Sequence record: PZ583741.1
Reading direction: 5' to 3' (one strand)
Source of the DNA: a phage
Length of the DNA: 64,000 nt
The number at the start of each line of letters is the position of its first letter. The first letter of the stretch is position 1. The notes below the pieces were generated by a model. That model worked only from the letters and a program-made list of their open reading frames with translations, ran no database searches and was not told where the DNA came from. Shown piece after piece: positions 19,257 to 32,967 of this stretch. Made by a program: the position numbers and the translations under genes.

Positions 19257-19964
19257 ATGAGCAATCGCACGCCACTAACAGAAATCGGGGAGATGCGCAT
19301 CTCGCTTTCTGACAGGAGTTTTTTCTTCAAGCCATCATTCCGCGCCATGAATGAAATCGGCACACCAAAAGAAATCGTCGAGGTGTATGCTAAGCTCAAC
19401 GGCATTGATTATGTTGCGCCATTGCAGCACGTGGAATACCTGCCATTTGGCGCGCAGATGCAGGTCATGAAAACCATCAGTAAGCCTGTGTATGGTCGCC
19501 ATGTACTGAGCGCGGCCTATATTGTCATGCAGTCATGCAGTGAAGATGATATTTCTGTGCTGATTGGTGGATGGAAACCAACACCACGCGGCGTGCGATA
19601 TGTCCCCAGCATCATGCCAGTGAGCGACATTATTATTATTGCGCGCAACCTGATGCAGCACGGCATCATTGGTAAGTCCCCACTCAAAGTACCTGAGCGT
19701 CTGGAAGAGCATGGCAAGAAAACAACAAACGAGTTTCATGCGTCGCAATACATCATCTCAGCACGCACGCATTTCGACATGACGCGCGATGAGGCTGAAA
19801 ACCTGTCCATGACAGAGTTTCAGATGATGATTAAGAATAAATATCCAGAGCCGAAAGGGTTAACGAAAGAAGAGCGCGCGGCAGAGTATAATCAGGCCAA
19901 AGCAGACCGTGAGCGCATGAAGGCACTGGCTGAACGCAAAGCGAAAAAAGCGAGGAATACATAA
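19257..19964 (+). CDS. putative tail assembly chaperone
   Basis: immediately upstream of tape measure gene. Confidence 0.45.
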   Translation: MSNRTPLTEIGEMRISLSDRSFFFKPSFRAMNEIGTPKEIVEVYAKLNGIDYVAPLQHVEYLPFGAQMQVMKTISKPVYGRHVLSAAYIVMQSCSEDDISVLIGGWKPTPRGVRYVPSIMPVSDIIIIARNLMQHGIIGKSPLKVPERLEEHGKKTTNEFHASQYIISARTHFDMTRDEAENLSMTEFQMMIKNKYPEPKGLTKEERAAEYNQAKADRERMKALAERKAKKARNT

Positions 19965-22339
19965 TGGCTGAAGAAGTCGGCGGAATTGTCTATGAAGTCG
20001 GGATGGATGTTAAAGGCCTGAAGGCTGGCGCGACAACAGCCAACAAGACTTTAGATGACCTTGAATCATCAACCAACAAAACCACAAGCGCGCTTGGCAG
20101 GCTGGATAAAAATGCCAGAAATGCTGGCAGCGGAATGAAGAATGCTGGCGGCGCAGCTTCAGGGCTAAAAACCAGTATGTCGATGCTGGCTAGCGCAATA
20201 TCCGTGTCACTGATTATCGAATGGGGTAAGCGATTCCTTGAGGTTGCTGATAACATGACGCAGCTTCAGGCAAGGATTGCTCGCCTGTCAACTGATGCGA
20301 AAACCGCGAACGAAACATTCAGTTCACTGGCAAATATCGCCTCAACCACTGGTGCAAGCCTGAGTGACACTACGAAGTTGTGGGAGACATTGACGTCATC
20401 ACTGAAAGAGGCTGGAGCGACAAATGCGCAGGTTCTGAACCTTACCGATACCCTGCAAAAAATAGGACGAATCGGCGGGTCATCAACCGAAGAAATGGCG
20501 AACGCATTACGTCAGTTCGGTCAGTCAATCGCATCTGGCACAATCCGTGCAGAAGAGTTCAACTCCATCCTTGAGCAGATGCCTGAGCTTGCTCGCCAGA
20601 TAGCTGCTGGTCTTGGTATTTCAATGGGTGAACTTCGAGCCAGAATGCTCGACGGAAAACTGACGGCGGAAGATGCACTGAACGCCATTCAGGACAGAAC
20701 AAGAGTCGTCAATGCTGAGTTTGAAAAACTTCCTCGCACAATGGATCAGGCTGTTGGTTCTCTTGAGATTTCATTCTCCAAACTTGTGGTTGCCGTTAAC
20801 GATGCTACTGACGCATCAAAAACAGCAGTTGAGATTATCGACCAGCTGGCAAAATACATTGATTTCCTCGGTGACAAGTCAACCAGCACGAGCGATAAAA
20901 TTCTGTCTCTCGCCACGGTTATATCGAAGTTAAACCCGGGCGCGTGGGCGCAAATGGGAGTTGATGCGCTTTTTGGTGATGACGATATTGAGAAGCAAAA
21001 ACAATATAACGATCAGGTTGAGCGATTCGTTAAGGCATCGGCGGAAGGCTACGAACAGACAAAAAAACAGGCTGAAGCAACAAAACACCTGAAGATTGCG
21101 CAAGCACCAACAAAAGATAAAAAAGGCAAAGGAAAGGGTAAGAGCGCAGAGGAACGTCAGGCTGAATCAGTCGCTGAAAAGCTGGAGAAATTACGCCAGC
21201 AGACCATGCTTAATGCCACATCTACCAGCGAATTATCCCGCGAGCAAGCCATTCTCAATGCTCAGCAATCACTTGGAAAGGCGGCGACTCAGGAGCAAAT
21301 AAAACTGGCTGGTGAATATGCCGCTAAGATTTGGGACCAGAAGAATGCGTTGAAGGAGCAGGCAGAAGCGGAGAAGGAAAGGCAGCGTGTAGAAAAATCA
21401 TATCAGGGACTACGCGCCATTGCGTCACCAACGACTGGCATTGACAGTGAATACCAGCAACGCATGGCTGACCTTGATGCTTATGCTGCTGCGTACCCGC
21501 AGAAAATTACGGAGATTGAACAGACTCGCGCAGCAATTGAAGCGCAATATCGCCAGCAGCGAATGGATGCCATGTGGGCAGAATGGCAGCAACAAAGCCT
21601 CGGAGCGCAACTTTTCGGTACGGCGCTTGATTCGGCAATGAGTACGGCATCAAACAGCATAACCGGATTACTGACAGGTACAATGAGTGTACAGGATGCA
21701 ATGCGCAGCCTCGGCTCTACTGTACTGAACTCTCTGGTAAATAGTTTCGTCGAAATGGGTGTGCAGTGGGTTAAATCTGCGGTTATGGGGCAGACTGCGC
21801 AGGTTGCAGCAACCGCTACCACAACAGCGGCGCAAACAGCAGGACTGGCAACTACCACAGCCGCCTCAACTGCGGCGGCAGCCACCACTACGGCGGCATG
21901 GACCCCAGCTGCAATTGTTGCTTCAATCGGTTCATTCGGCGGTGCGGCTGCAATTGGTGTAGGTGCTGTACTTGGGGCGTTGGCGATGGGGATAGCTGGC
22001 AAGCGCAAGAATGGCGGTCCTGTTAGCGCCGGAAGCATGTACGAAGTGGGCGAAAATGGCTTGCCTGAAATATTCCAGGCGTCCAACGGTCGCCAGTACA
22101 TGATTCCCGGTAACGATGGCTCAGTTATCAGCAACAAAGACCTGACAGGCGGTGGTAGTGGCGTTGTGGTTTATAATAACGTGATAAATAACAGCTCAGC
22201 GCAGGTTAGCAGCAGCGCCAGAGATAACGGTGACGGCAGCGTGACGATTGAGACGATTGTGAGTGATATTTCTGAAAATGGCCCGATAGGGCAAGCCATC
22301 TCAAGAAACTACAACACCAACAGACGAGCAACAGAGTAA
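19964..22339 (+). CDS. tail tape measure protein
   Basis: 791 aa, coiled-coil, Ala/Thr/Gly-rich hydrophobic segment. Confidence 0.85.
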   Translation: MAEEVGGIVYEVGMDVKGLKAGATTANKTLDDLESSTNKTTSALGRLDKNARNAGSGMKNAGGAASGLKTSMSMLASAISVSLIIEWGKRFLEVADNMTQLQARIARLSTDAKTANETFSSLANIASTTGASLSDTTKLWETLTSSLKEAGATNAQVLNLTDTLQKIGRIGGSSTEEMANALRQFGQSIASGTIRAEEFNSILEQMPELARQIAAGLGISMGELRARMLDGKLTAEDALNAIQDRTRVVNAEFEKLPRTMDQAVGSLEISFSKLVVAVNDATDASKTAVEIIDQLAKYIDFLGDKSTSTSDKILSLATVISKLNPGAWAQMGVDALFGDDDIEKQKQYNDQVERFVKASAEGYEQTKKQAEATKHLKIAQAPTKDKKGKGKGKSAEERQAESVAEKLEKLRQQTMLNATSTSELSREQAILNAQQSLGKAATQEQIKLAGEYAAKIWDQKNALKEQAEAEKERQRVEKSYQGLRAIASPTTGIDSEYQQRMADLDAYAAAYPQKITEIEQTRAAIEAQYRQQRMDAMWAEWQQQSLGAQLFGTALDSAMSTASNSITGLLTGTMSVQDAMRSLGSTVLNSLVNSFVEMGVQWVKSAVMGQTAQVAATATTTAAQTAGLATTTAASTAAAATTTAAWTPAAIVASIGSFGGAAAIGVGAVLGALAMGIAGKRKNGGPVSAGSMYEVGENGLPEIFQASNGRQYMIPGNDGSVISNKDLTGGGSGVVVYNNVINNSSAQVSSSARDNGDGSVTIETIVSDISENGPIGQAISRNYNTNRRATE

Positions 22340-22370
22340 AAAGAAGCCCCTCACGGGGCTTTGTTCATTA
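22340..22370 (+). terminator. rho-independent terminator
   Basis: hairpin agcccctcacggggct. Confidence 0.55.
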
Positions 22371-23430
22371 TCTCGCTCATTAATTCAGGTGAGTATTTCA
22401 GCCATTCTGTTGCCCCATCAAAACCCGTCAGTCCTGCGCTTTCATATTTCTTATGGTAATACTTTTCAATGCGCATGGCTTCGGCTCCGGTCGTTTTTAT
22501 TTTATGTATGAGGTTGAAGTCGAATGGTGTTCCTGATTTAAGTTGCGATAATCTTTTTCTGATTTTATTAGTTATTCCAACCTTAATAATTCCATCGGCC
22601 ATCAAGAAATACACATATCCGGTCAATGATGGATTATATCCACCTTTTGCACAAGAAGGGCAGCCACTACCTTTCATATGTGTATTTGGTGATTGCATGA
22701 ATATCCCATGAATAGGGCAAACTATTTTTACCTTACTCATCACATTTCTATAATCAACAAGATGATAGTCATATCTTGAATCGTGAATTTTATTTGACCT
22801 GATGATGAACTCACCTACCTTTAAAGTTCTTCCTTCAACTCTAGACTGAATGCCGCATGACGGACACCCTTTGCCGTTTACATGTGATATGGCTCTCTGA
22901 GTAAATAACCCGTGTATGTTGCATTTAATATTAACATCGGCATCCATGCCATTAAAATTAGCAGCAGAGTAATCATATCTCAATCCATGCCTAGCAACAG
23001 CCCTAGAAATAAAACTATCAATAGAATGCGTTTTCTTTTCGGATATCCTTTTATATCCGCACAATCTACACCCTAAACCTTCAAGGTGTTTATAAGGAAG
23101 CTGTTCGAAATCCCCATGGGTTGCGCATGTTATTGTTATTTTCGTGTGTGAGTTTATATATTCAACTTTAGAATAGTCATAAGAGTCACCATGCTTTGCA
23201 ATCGCATCAGTCACAAACTCACGCGTTGTTTTCCTCTTACCTCCAGAGCATGATTGGCACCCGGCCCCATTCAAATGAGCGTCTGGAGTTTGCTCAAAAT
23301 CACCGTGATAATGGCACGTTATAATTATCTTCATCTTTGAACGGATGTACACTGATTTATCATAAACGTACTTATCGCCATGAACCGATTTAGCTTTGGC
23401 AATGAATTCTTCGGTAGTTAGCTTGCGCAT
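22351..23430 (-). CDS. GIY-YIG (T5orf172-type) nuclease with four N-terminal tandem zinc-binding repeats
   Basis: four ~65-aa repeats of C..HG.F.Q.P..H..G.GC..C; C-terminal GYVYFL...KVGIT GIY-YIG-like domain. Confidence 0.7.
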   Translation of the reverse strand: MRKLTTEEFIAKAKSVHGDKYVYDKSVYIRSKMKIIITCHYHGDFEQTPDAHLNGAGCQSCSGGKRKTTREFVTDAIAKHGDSYDYSKVEYINSHTKITITCATHGDFEQLPYKHLEGLGCRLCGYKRISEKKTHSIDSFISRAVARHGLRYDYSAANFNGMDADVNIKCNIHGLFTQRAISHVNGKGCPSCGIQSRVEGRTLKVGEFIIRSNKIHDSRYDYHLVDYRNVMSKVKIVCPIHGIFMQSPNTHMKGSGCPSCAKGGYNPSLTGYVYFLMADGIIKVGITNKIRKRLSQLKSGTPFDFNLIHKIKTTGAEAMRIEKYYHKKYESAGLTGFDGATEWLKYSPELMSEIMNKAP

Positions 23431-23564
23431 TTTGAACCCTCGGTTAAAGGTGGTTTGAAGTGATGCAGCAGGCGATAACCAATCGCTTTTCGGACGCCTC
23501 CTAGCTGCACTTATTATTGTACCATCAGCGTGCTAAAATACAACAATACGAGATGGAGACTATC

Positions 23565-27366
<3,802 letters not shown>

Positions 27367-27405
27367 TACAATATACATCAAATTCACAAAGGAGCATTTA
27401 TTATA

Positions 27406-29673
27406 ATGGCTACCACACCAACCAATAAACCAATTCCGTCAGAAGACCCGCGCGACCTGAAGTTTAATGCTGGTAAAATTGACGAAGTTGTCAACTCTGA
27501 CAATCACTACTACACCGATCGCTTTGGTCATCGCCGCTTTACAATTGCAGGATTCCAACACACCGCAGAAGAAGCAATTCGTAACTATGGCTACATCACA
27601 ATGGATAGCTTCGAGGATGGCGCGACGCTGACGTTACCGAATCAGGTTTTGCGCTATGAAGTTACTGGAGAATATTACCGCTGGGATGGTGAATTCCCTA
27701 AAACAGTCGCTTCTGGTTCAGCTCCTGCATCCGCTGGCGGTGTTGGAATTGGGAAATGGCTGAGCGTCGGTGATGCAGTCCTGCGCAGCCAGATTTCAGA
27801 CCCGGATGGTGCGTCCAATTACCCGGAATTGCAGATGGCAAGATGGCGTGATGAGGGTGATGTTCGAGGCTGGGGTGCTAAAGGGGATGGTGTAACGGAT
27901 AGTACGGAGAATATAGCTGCTTCACTAAATTCTCAAAAAGCTGTCGTAGCATCAGACGGTGTATTCTCTAGTTCTGGTATTAATAGTAATTACTGTAACT
28001 TAGACGGTAGAGGCAGTGGTGTACTAAGTCACCGTTCAAGTACAGGTAACTACTTAGTATTTAACAATCTACGCTCAGGTCGCTTAAGTAATATTACGGT
28101 AGAAAGTAATAAGGCGACCGATACCACTCATGGGCAGCAGGTATCTCTTGCTGGTGGCAATGATGTTACTATAAGTGATGTTAATTTCTCAAACGTTAAG
28201 GGCACTGGTTTCAGTTTAATCACATACCCTAATGATGCACCCTCTGATGGGCTTATGATTAAAGGCATTCGAGGTAGCTACTCCGGCTATGCTACTAATA
28301 AGGCGGCTGGATGCATACTTGCTGATTCCTCGGTTAACTCCCTCATAAATAACGTCATTGCTAAGAACTACCCTCAGTTCGGAGCCGTAGAGTTGAAAGG
28401 TACAGCCAGTTACAACATAGTCAGTAATGTTATAGGGACAGATTGCCAGCATGTAACTTACAACGGTACTGAGGGACCAATGGCTCCCTCTAATAACCTT
28501 ATCAATGGGGTAGTGGCTAATAATCCTAAGTATGCAGCGGTTGTTGCAGGCAAAGGTAGTACGAACTTAATATCAGACGTGCTCGTAGATTACTCAACCT
28601 CTGATGCTAGGCAGGCTCATGGTGCTACCGTAGAAGGTTCTGATAACGTCATAAATAATGTGCTTATGTCAGGATGTGATGGTACTAACTCTTTAGGGCA
28701 AACTCAGACTGCTACAATTGCGCGCTTTATAGGTACAGCTAATAACAACTATGCGTCTGTATTTCCTAGCTACAGTGCTACAGGTGTTATTGCTTTCGAA
28801 TCAGGTTCTACCCGTAACTTCGTAGAGGTAAAGCATCCGGGAAGGAGAAACGACCTTCTCAGTAAGGCTGGTACTATTGAAGGTGCAGTTACTATTGACG
28901 GCACTAGTAATAGCAACGTAGTGCACGCTCCTGCATTAGGACAGTACATAGGCAGTATGTCCGGTAGGTTCGAATGGCGGATTAAGTCCATATCACTTCC
29001 GTCAGGCGTTCTTACCTCGGCTGATAAGTACAGAATGCTTGGGGATGGTGATGTGTCATTAGCTGTAGGTGGGGGTACTTCTTCTCAAGTTCGCCTATTT
29101 ACTTCTGATGGTACTTATCGGGCAGTATCACTCACCAAGGGTAACGTGCGTCTTCCTACCAGTAGCACTGGTTATTTGCAGTTAGGTTCTGATGCAATAA
29201 CCCCAGATCGTACTGGTACATACGCATTAGGTTCCGCAAGTCTAGCATGGTCTGGCGGTTTTACTCAATCAGAATTCATTGTTGTCTCAGATGCTAGGGA
29301 TAAAACAGAGCCTCTTATTATCTCAGATGCTTTACTGGATGCTTGGTCTGAAGTTGACTTTGTGCAGTTTCAGTACTTGGACCGAATTGAGGAGAAGGGC
29401 GCAGACTCAGCTAGGTGGCACTTCGGCATCATCGCTCAGCGAGCTAAGGAGGCATTCGAACGTCACGGTATAGATGCACATCGTTATGGCTTCCTGTGCT
29501 TCGACAGTTGGGATGCTGTATACGAGGAAGATGCCAATGGCTCTCGTAAACTGATTACACCAGCAGGTTCCCGCTACGGTATACGTTACGATGAAGTACT
29601 GATATTAGAGGCTGCGTTGATGCGGCGTACTATTAAGCGTATGCAGGAAGCATTAGCTGTTATGTCTAAGTGA
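27406..29673 (+). CDS. tail fibre / tailspike with C-terminal S74 intramolecular chaperone domain
   Basis: SDARDK autoproteolysis motif at codon ~628 (nt 29287); central repetitive beta-helix-like region. Confidence 0.8.
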   Translation: MATTPTNKPIPSEDPRDLKFNAGKIDEVVNSDNHYYTDRFGHRRFTIAGFQHTAEEAIRNYGYITMDSFEDGATLTLPNQVLRYEVTGEYYRWDGEFPKTVASGSAPASAGGVGIGKWLSVGDAVLRSQISDPDGASNYPELQMARWRDEGDVRGWGAKGDGVTDSTENIAASLNSQKAVVASDGVFSSSGINSNYCNLDGRGSGVLSHRSSTGNYLVFNNLRSGRLSNITVESNKATDTTHGQQVSLAGGNDVTISDVNFSNVKGTGFSLITYPNDAPSDGLMIKGIRGSYSGYATNKAAGCILADSSVNSLINNVIAKNYPQFGAVELKGTASYNIVSNVIGTDCQHVTYNGTEGPMAPSNNLINGVVANNPKYAAVVAGKGSTNLISDVLVDYSTSDARQAHGATVEGSDNVINNVLMSGCDGTNSLGQTQTATIARFIGTANNNYASVFPSYSATGVIAFESGSTRNFVEVKHPGRRNDLLSKAGTIEGAVTIDGTSNSNVVHAPALGQYIGSMSGRFEWRIKSISLPSGVLTSADKYRMLGDGDVSLAVGGGTSSQVRLFTSDGTYRAVSLTKGNVRLPTSSTGYLQLGSDAITPDRTGTYALGSASLAWSGGFTQSEFIVVSDARDKTEPLIISDALLDAWSEVDFVQFQYLDRIEEKGADSARWHFGIIAQRAKEAFERHGIDAHRYGFLCFDSWDAVYEEDANGSRKLITPAGSRYGIRYDEVLILEAALMRRTIKRMQEALAVMSK

Positions 29674-29749
29674 GTAATACTAGTACGGTTAGATCAGTAG
29701 AGTTGGTTAACAGTAGCCTACGTACTACCAGGCTATTATTTATCAAGGT

Positions 29750-29782
29750 ATAAAACCCCGCCCAGGCGGGGTTTGTTTTATC
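29750..29782. terminator. bidirectional terminator
   Basis: hairpin aaaccccgcccaggcggggttt. Confidence 0.6.
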
Positions 29783-29783
29783 A

Positions 29784-30293
29784 TCAGAACGGAATGTCGT
29801 CGTCGAAGTCAATCGGCGGCTCATTGCCTCCTTGTGGGCTTTGTTGTTTTTGTGGCTGTTGTTGTTGCGGATTTGTCCCCCATCCACCTTGAGGTTGCTG
29901 TCCTGATTGCTGGCGTGGTTGTTGCTGATCAGAATCATCACGTCTACCACCAAGCATCTGCATAACACCACCCATCTGCGGAATGACAATCTCAGTGGTG
30001 TATTTTTCAACGCCGCTCTGGTCTGTCCATTTGCGAGTGAGTAATTTACCTTCCACGTACACCTGAGAGCCTTTCCGCAGGTATTCACCAGCAACTTCTG
30101 CCAGCTTCCCGAAGATAACCACGCGATGCCATTCAGTTTGCTCTTTCTTTTCACCTGTGGCCTTGTCATTCCACTGTTCTGATGTTGCAACGGAAAGATT
30201 GGCAATTGCAGAACCTGATGCTGAATATCTAATTTCCGGGTCATTACCAACTCGACCAAGGATTATGCACTTATTAATACCAATCGAAGACAT
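29784..30293 (-). CDS. ssb: single-stranded DNA-binding protein
   Basis: OB-fold region, Gln/Gly-rich linker, C-terminal DFDDDIPF tail. Confidence 0.9.
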   Translation of the reverse strand: MSSIGINKCIILGRVGNDPEIRYSASGSAIANLSVATSEQWNDKATGEKKEQTEWHRVVIFGKLAEVAGEYLRKGSQVYVEGKLLTRKWTDQSGVEKYTTEIVIPQMGGVMQMLGGRRDDSDQQQPRQQSGQQPQGGWGTNPQQQQPQKQQSPQGGNEPPIDFDDDIPF

Positions 30294-30793
30294 TACTTGA
30301 ATCTCCCGTTTTTATCTCTTAATCTGCCATTATGATTCTCTGTGGCGTGTAATGATGCGTGCTCTGACTTCGTCATAAGCATTAGGTTACTTGGATGGTT
30401 GTTTGTTTTATCATGGTCTATATGATGAACGCATTCATTGTGAAACAACCTCCTCCCAATAATGCCTTCCATAACTACAACATGCTCTCCTCTTCCTTTG
30501 TTTTCACCCATAGTTATCTCGACATAACCGTTCGGTTTTACAGAGCGCCCCTTGCCAACTCCTTTCTTTGATTTTGATATATTTTGCTTCCATTCTTCAG
30601 TAAACTCTCGTTTTTTACCCCTAAGTCCTGAGCCAAGCCTTCCCTCTGCGGCAGCAATTCTTATTGCATCCCCTCTGCTTCTCAATATTCCGGCTTTCTT
30701 AAATCTAAACCTCAATGTTGACATGGCTATTCCTGTTTCATTGGAGATTTGAGGGATGCTCATGCCAGACAAATACATATCAAACTCATTCAT
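30293..30793 (-). CDS. HNH endonuclease
   Basis: [18 protein letters not shown] motif; GGAGG RBS before ATG at 30793. Confidence 0.75.
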   Translation of the reverse strand: MNEFDMYLSGMSIPQISNETGIAMSTLRFRFKKAGILRSRGDAIRIAAAEGRLGSGLRGKKREFTEEWKQNISKSKKGVGKGRSVKPNGYVEITMGENKGRGEHVVVMEGIIGRRLFHNECVHHIDHDKTNNHPSNLMLMTKSEHASLHATENHNGRLRDKNGRFK

Positions 30794-30873
30794 ATGCACC
30801 TCCTTGTGCAATATAGTAATTTACAACCATCAAGTCAACTTTTAATTACTTTATTTACGCCGCGTGCCATTTA

Positions 30874-31533
30874 TTAAAATCCTTCAATTGGAGTTGGTTT
30901 ATGTTCGGTTTTTTCTTCCTGCGGTTCTGGCTGCTGTGGTTGCTGTTTGGCCAGTTTTGCAGGGTTAAATGATTCACCTGATACCATGAATTTAGCCTTC
31001 ATCTCCTGATAAGCGCCAACAATAACGCGAGTTGCTGCATCATCACCACGAAACGCCTTGTATTCTTCGCCATAGATTGAAGTTAATTCTTCCATGCTCG
31101 CTGCGTTTCGAATTAATGCGACTGCGTCTTTTGGTGATTTGCGAGCGGCATTACCGTCATCATCAGCCTGAGCAATACCAAACATTGCCGCGATGGAATA
31201 TCTGCGTGCGTACGTCATTGCGGAACCATACCCTTGCGCATCCTTCTTGGCTACTGGCATTGGCATCACTGATGACATGTACTCGCCAGACTCATGCATT
31301 ATCGTTGTTTCAAGTTTAAGCACATCCATTGAGTCGCCATCAATGGCATTCTGGATGATTATAAGACCATTAGCCTCAAGCGCTGGACGTATCGCATCAA
31401 GGAATGACTCAAGGTTTGCGTAATTGCTTTTCAGGTGTGGGTTTTTGGCGTTTTTCTTTGCGCCGCTACTCATCACCTTGCGAGCCTCAACCAGAGCCTT
31501 AATCAGATTTGCTTTCTGTTCCGAGAAAATCAT
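30874..31533 (-). CDS. ERF-family single-strand annealing protein
   Basis: GSAMTYARRY and surrounding ERF-like pattern. Confidence 0.8.
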   Translation of the reverse strand: MIFSEQKANLIKALVEARKVMSSGAKKNAKNPHLKSNYANLESFLDAIRPALEANGLIIIQNAIDGDSMDVLKLETTIMHESGEYMSSVMPMPVAKKDAQGYGSAMTYARRYSIAAMFGIAQADDDGNAARKSPKDAVALIRNAASMEELTSIYGEEYKAFRGDDAATRVIVGAYQEMKAKFMVSGESFNPAKLAKQQPQQPEPQEEKTEHKPTPIEGF

Positions 31534-31550
31534 TTACATCACCTCACTAA

Positions 31551-32489
31551 TTATAAATTAAATTGTTTTTTGAACCATTCTGGCGTTTCCATTTCTATTA
31601 CAGGATTACCCATTGAATAACCCGGCCACGAATTGGCCTTTTTGCACGCCTTGTAAATTTCCATTGCACCATTTAACTGGATGCGACCGATTCGTAATTG
31701 CTCCTCTGTCAATCGAATCAACGCAGGAATAAACGGCGCTTTCTTTTCCTGCACGAGAAGATTCACAGAGCGTGGCGCATGACCATATGCCGCAACAAAC
31801 ATGTCGTGCTGCATCGCCATTTTCATAAAGTAGCCAAGTCGCGCAGCATGGCGGAAAAACTCATCAGGCTTGGCGCTAACTGCCGTCTTGTAGTCAATGA
31901 TTTCGCCACCTTTTGTCAGGCAGTCAAAGCGAACTTTTGCTTTTTCTCCATTAAGTTCACCGAGGATTGACACTTCCGCATAAGCACCAGAAAGAAGGCT
32001 GCTGTAATAGCTGTTTGCGTGAATTACAGCACGCATTTGCTGAATAGCATCATAATAATGCCCTTCTAACAAAATGCGACCATTGGAGTTAATTTCAGCA
32101 ATAAGACGCTCTTCGTCGTAAATCTTCACTGGCTCGCCAGTTGCACGAATGATTTTGATCACATCAGCTTTCGACTTCCCTGAGAGTCCTTTGATGCCTC
32201 GCTCTTTCGCCCATGAGTTCATGTCACTGACAGTAACTAGCAGATCATCACCAAAATCTTCTTTGGTTGGCATGCGAGCATATTCAGCATCGAAACGCTC
32301 AGGTTCAAGCAGAGCTGTATGACTTCCGGTTCCGAAGATAAGTGCTTTTGATTGCTCATCTTCTTCGTCTTTGTAGCGCCAAGCTGCTGGGCATCTGTCA
32401 AGTATATTCCATAACCCAGAACCATTAATATGCTCGGTGTCAGCGTGGTATTGCTCATTAGTTAATTCATTATTGAAATAGACCTTCAT
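31551..32489 (-). CDS. PD-(D/E)XK family exonuclease (recombination partner of ERF)
   Basis: D...E.K-type motif; adjacency to ERF. Confidence 0.55.
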   Translation of the reverse strand: MKVYFNNELTNEQYHADTEHINGSGLWNILDRCPAAWRYKDEEDEQSKALIFGTGSHTALLEPERFDAEYARMPTKEDFGDDLLVTVSDMNSWAKERGIKGLSGKSKADVIKIIRATGEPVKIYDEERLIAEINSNGRILLEGHYYDAIQQMRAVIHANSYYSSLLSGAYAEVSILGELNGEKAKVRFDCLTKGGEIIDYKTAVSAKPDEFFRHAARLGYFMKMAMQHDMFVAAYGHAPRSVNLLVQEKKAPFIPALIRLTEEQLRIGRIQLNGAMEIYKACKKANSWPGYSMGNPVIEMETPEWFKKQFNL

Positions 32490-32526
32490 TGTTAACCTCA
32501 CTCATCATCACGTAAATGAATCTACA

Positions 32527-32967
32527 TCAATCCACATCAAAAGGCAAGCCAAAATAGGTCAACACTGCAATCTTTATCTGGTCGAGTCCACACGCCACCG
32601 CAGAGAATGCACCAGCGCTGGCGCTATCGTTGAGAAACGGTATCTGTCCTGGTTGCCATTTGCTAAGCGTTGAATCATGGCGCTTCAACTCTATCGTCGC
32701 TTTATGCCACCCACCCCCGGGCGTCAGGATTATCACATCAGACACCCCTGACCTGACACCTTTCCTTGCGCGCGATGCAAGATGCTGCACTGAGTTGCTT
32801 TTGGTCTCCTGAGACGGATGGAACCACAGCACATCAGGAAACCGGTAATCCATCCACCACTTGAACGCTATCAATTCGGAATCCTCAAGCGGACACTCGC
32901 CGCGGTAACCATCATCAAAAATTAATACCTTGTCACTCAGCTCATGCTGCTTGAATCGCTTTTTCAC
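32527..32967 (-). CDS. VRR-NUC domain nuclease
   Basis: DVIILTPGGGWHKATIELKRHD...Q pattern; GTG start with AGGAGAG RBS. Confidence 0.55.
   Translation of the reverse strand: MKKRFKQHELSDKVLIFDDGYRGECPLEDSELIAFKWWMDYRFPDVLWFHPSQETKSNSVQHLASRARKGVRSGVSDVIILTPGGGWHKATIELKRHDSTLSKWQPGQIPFLNDSASAGAFSAVACGLDQIKIAVLTYFGLPFDVD

Noticed and set aside
21481-22137. 218-aa minus-strand ORF
   Set aside because: Antisense to the tape measure gene; Ala/Val-rich translation of the repetitive region; shadow ORF.
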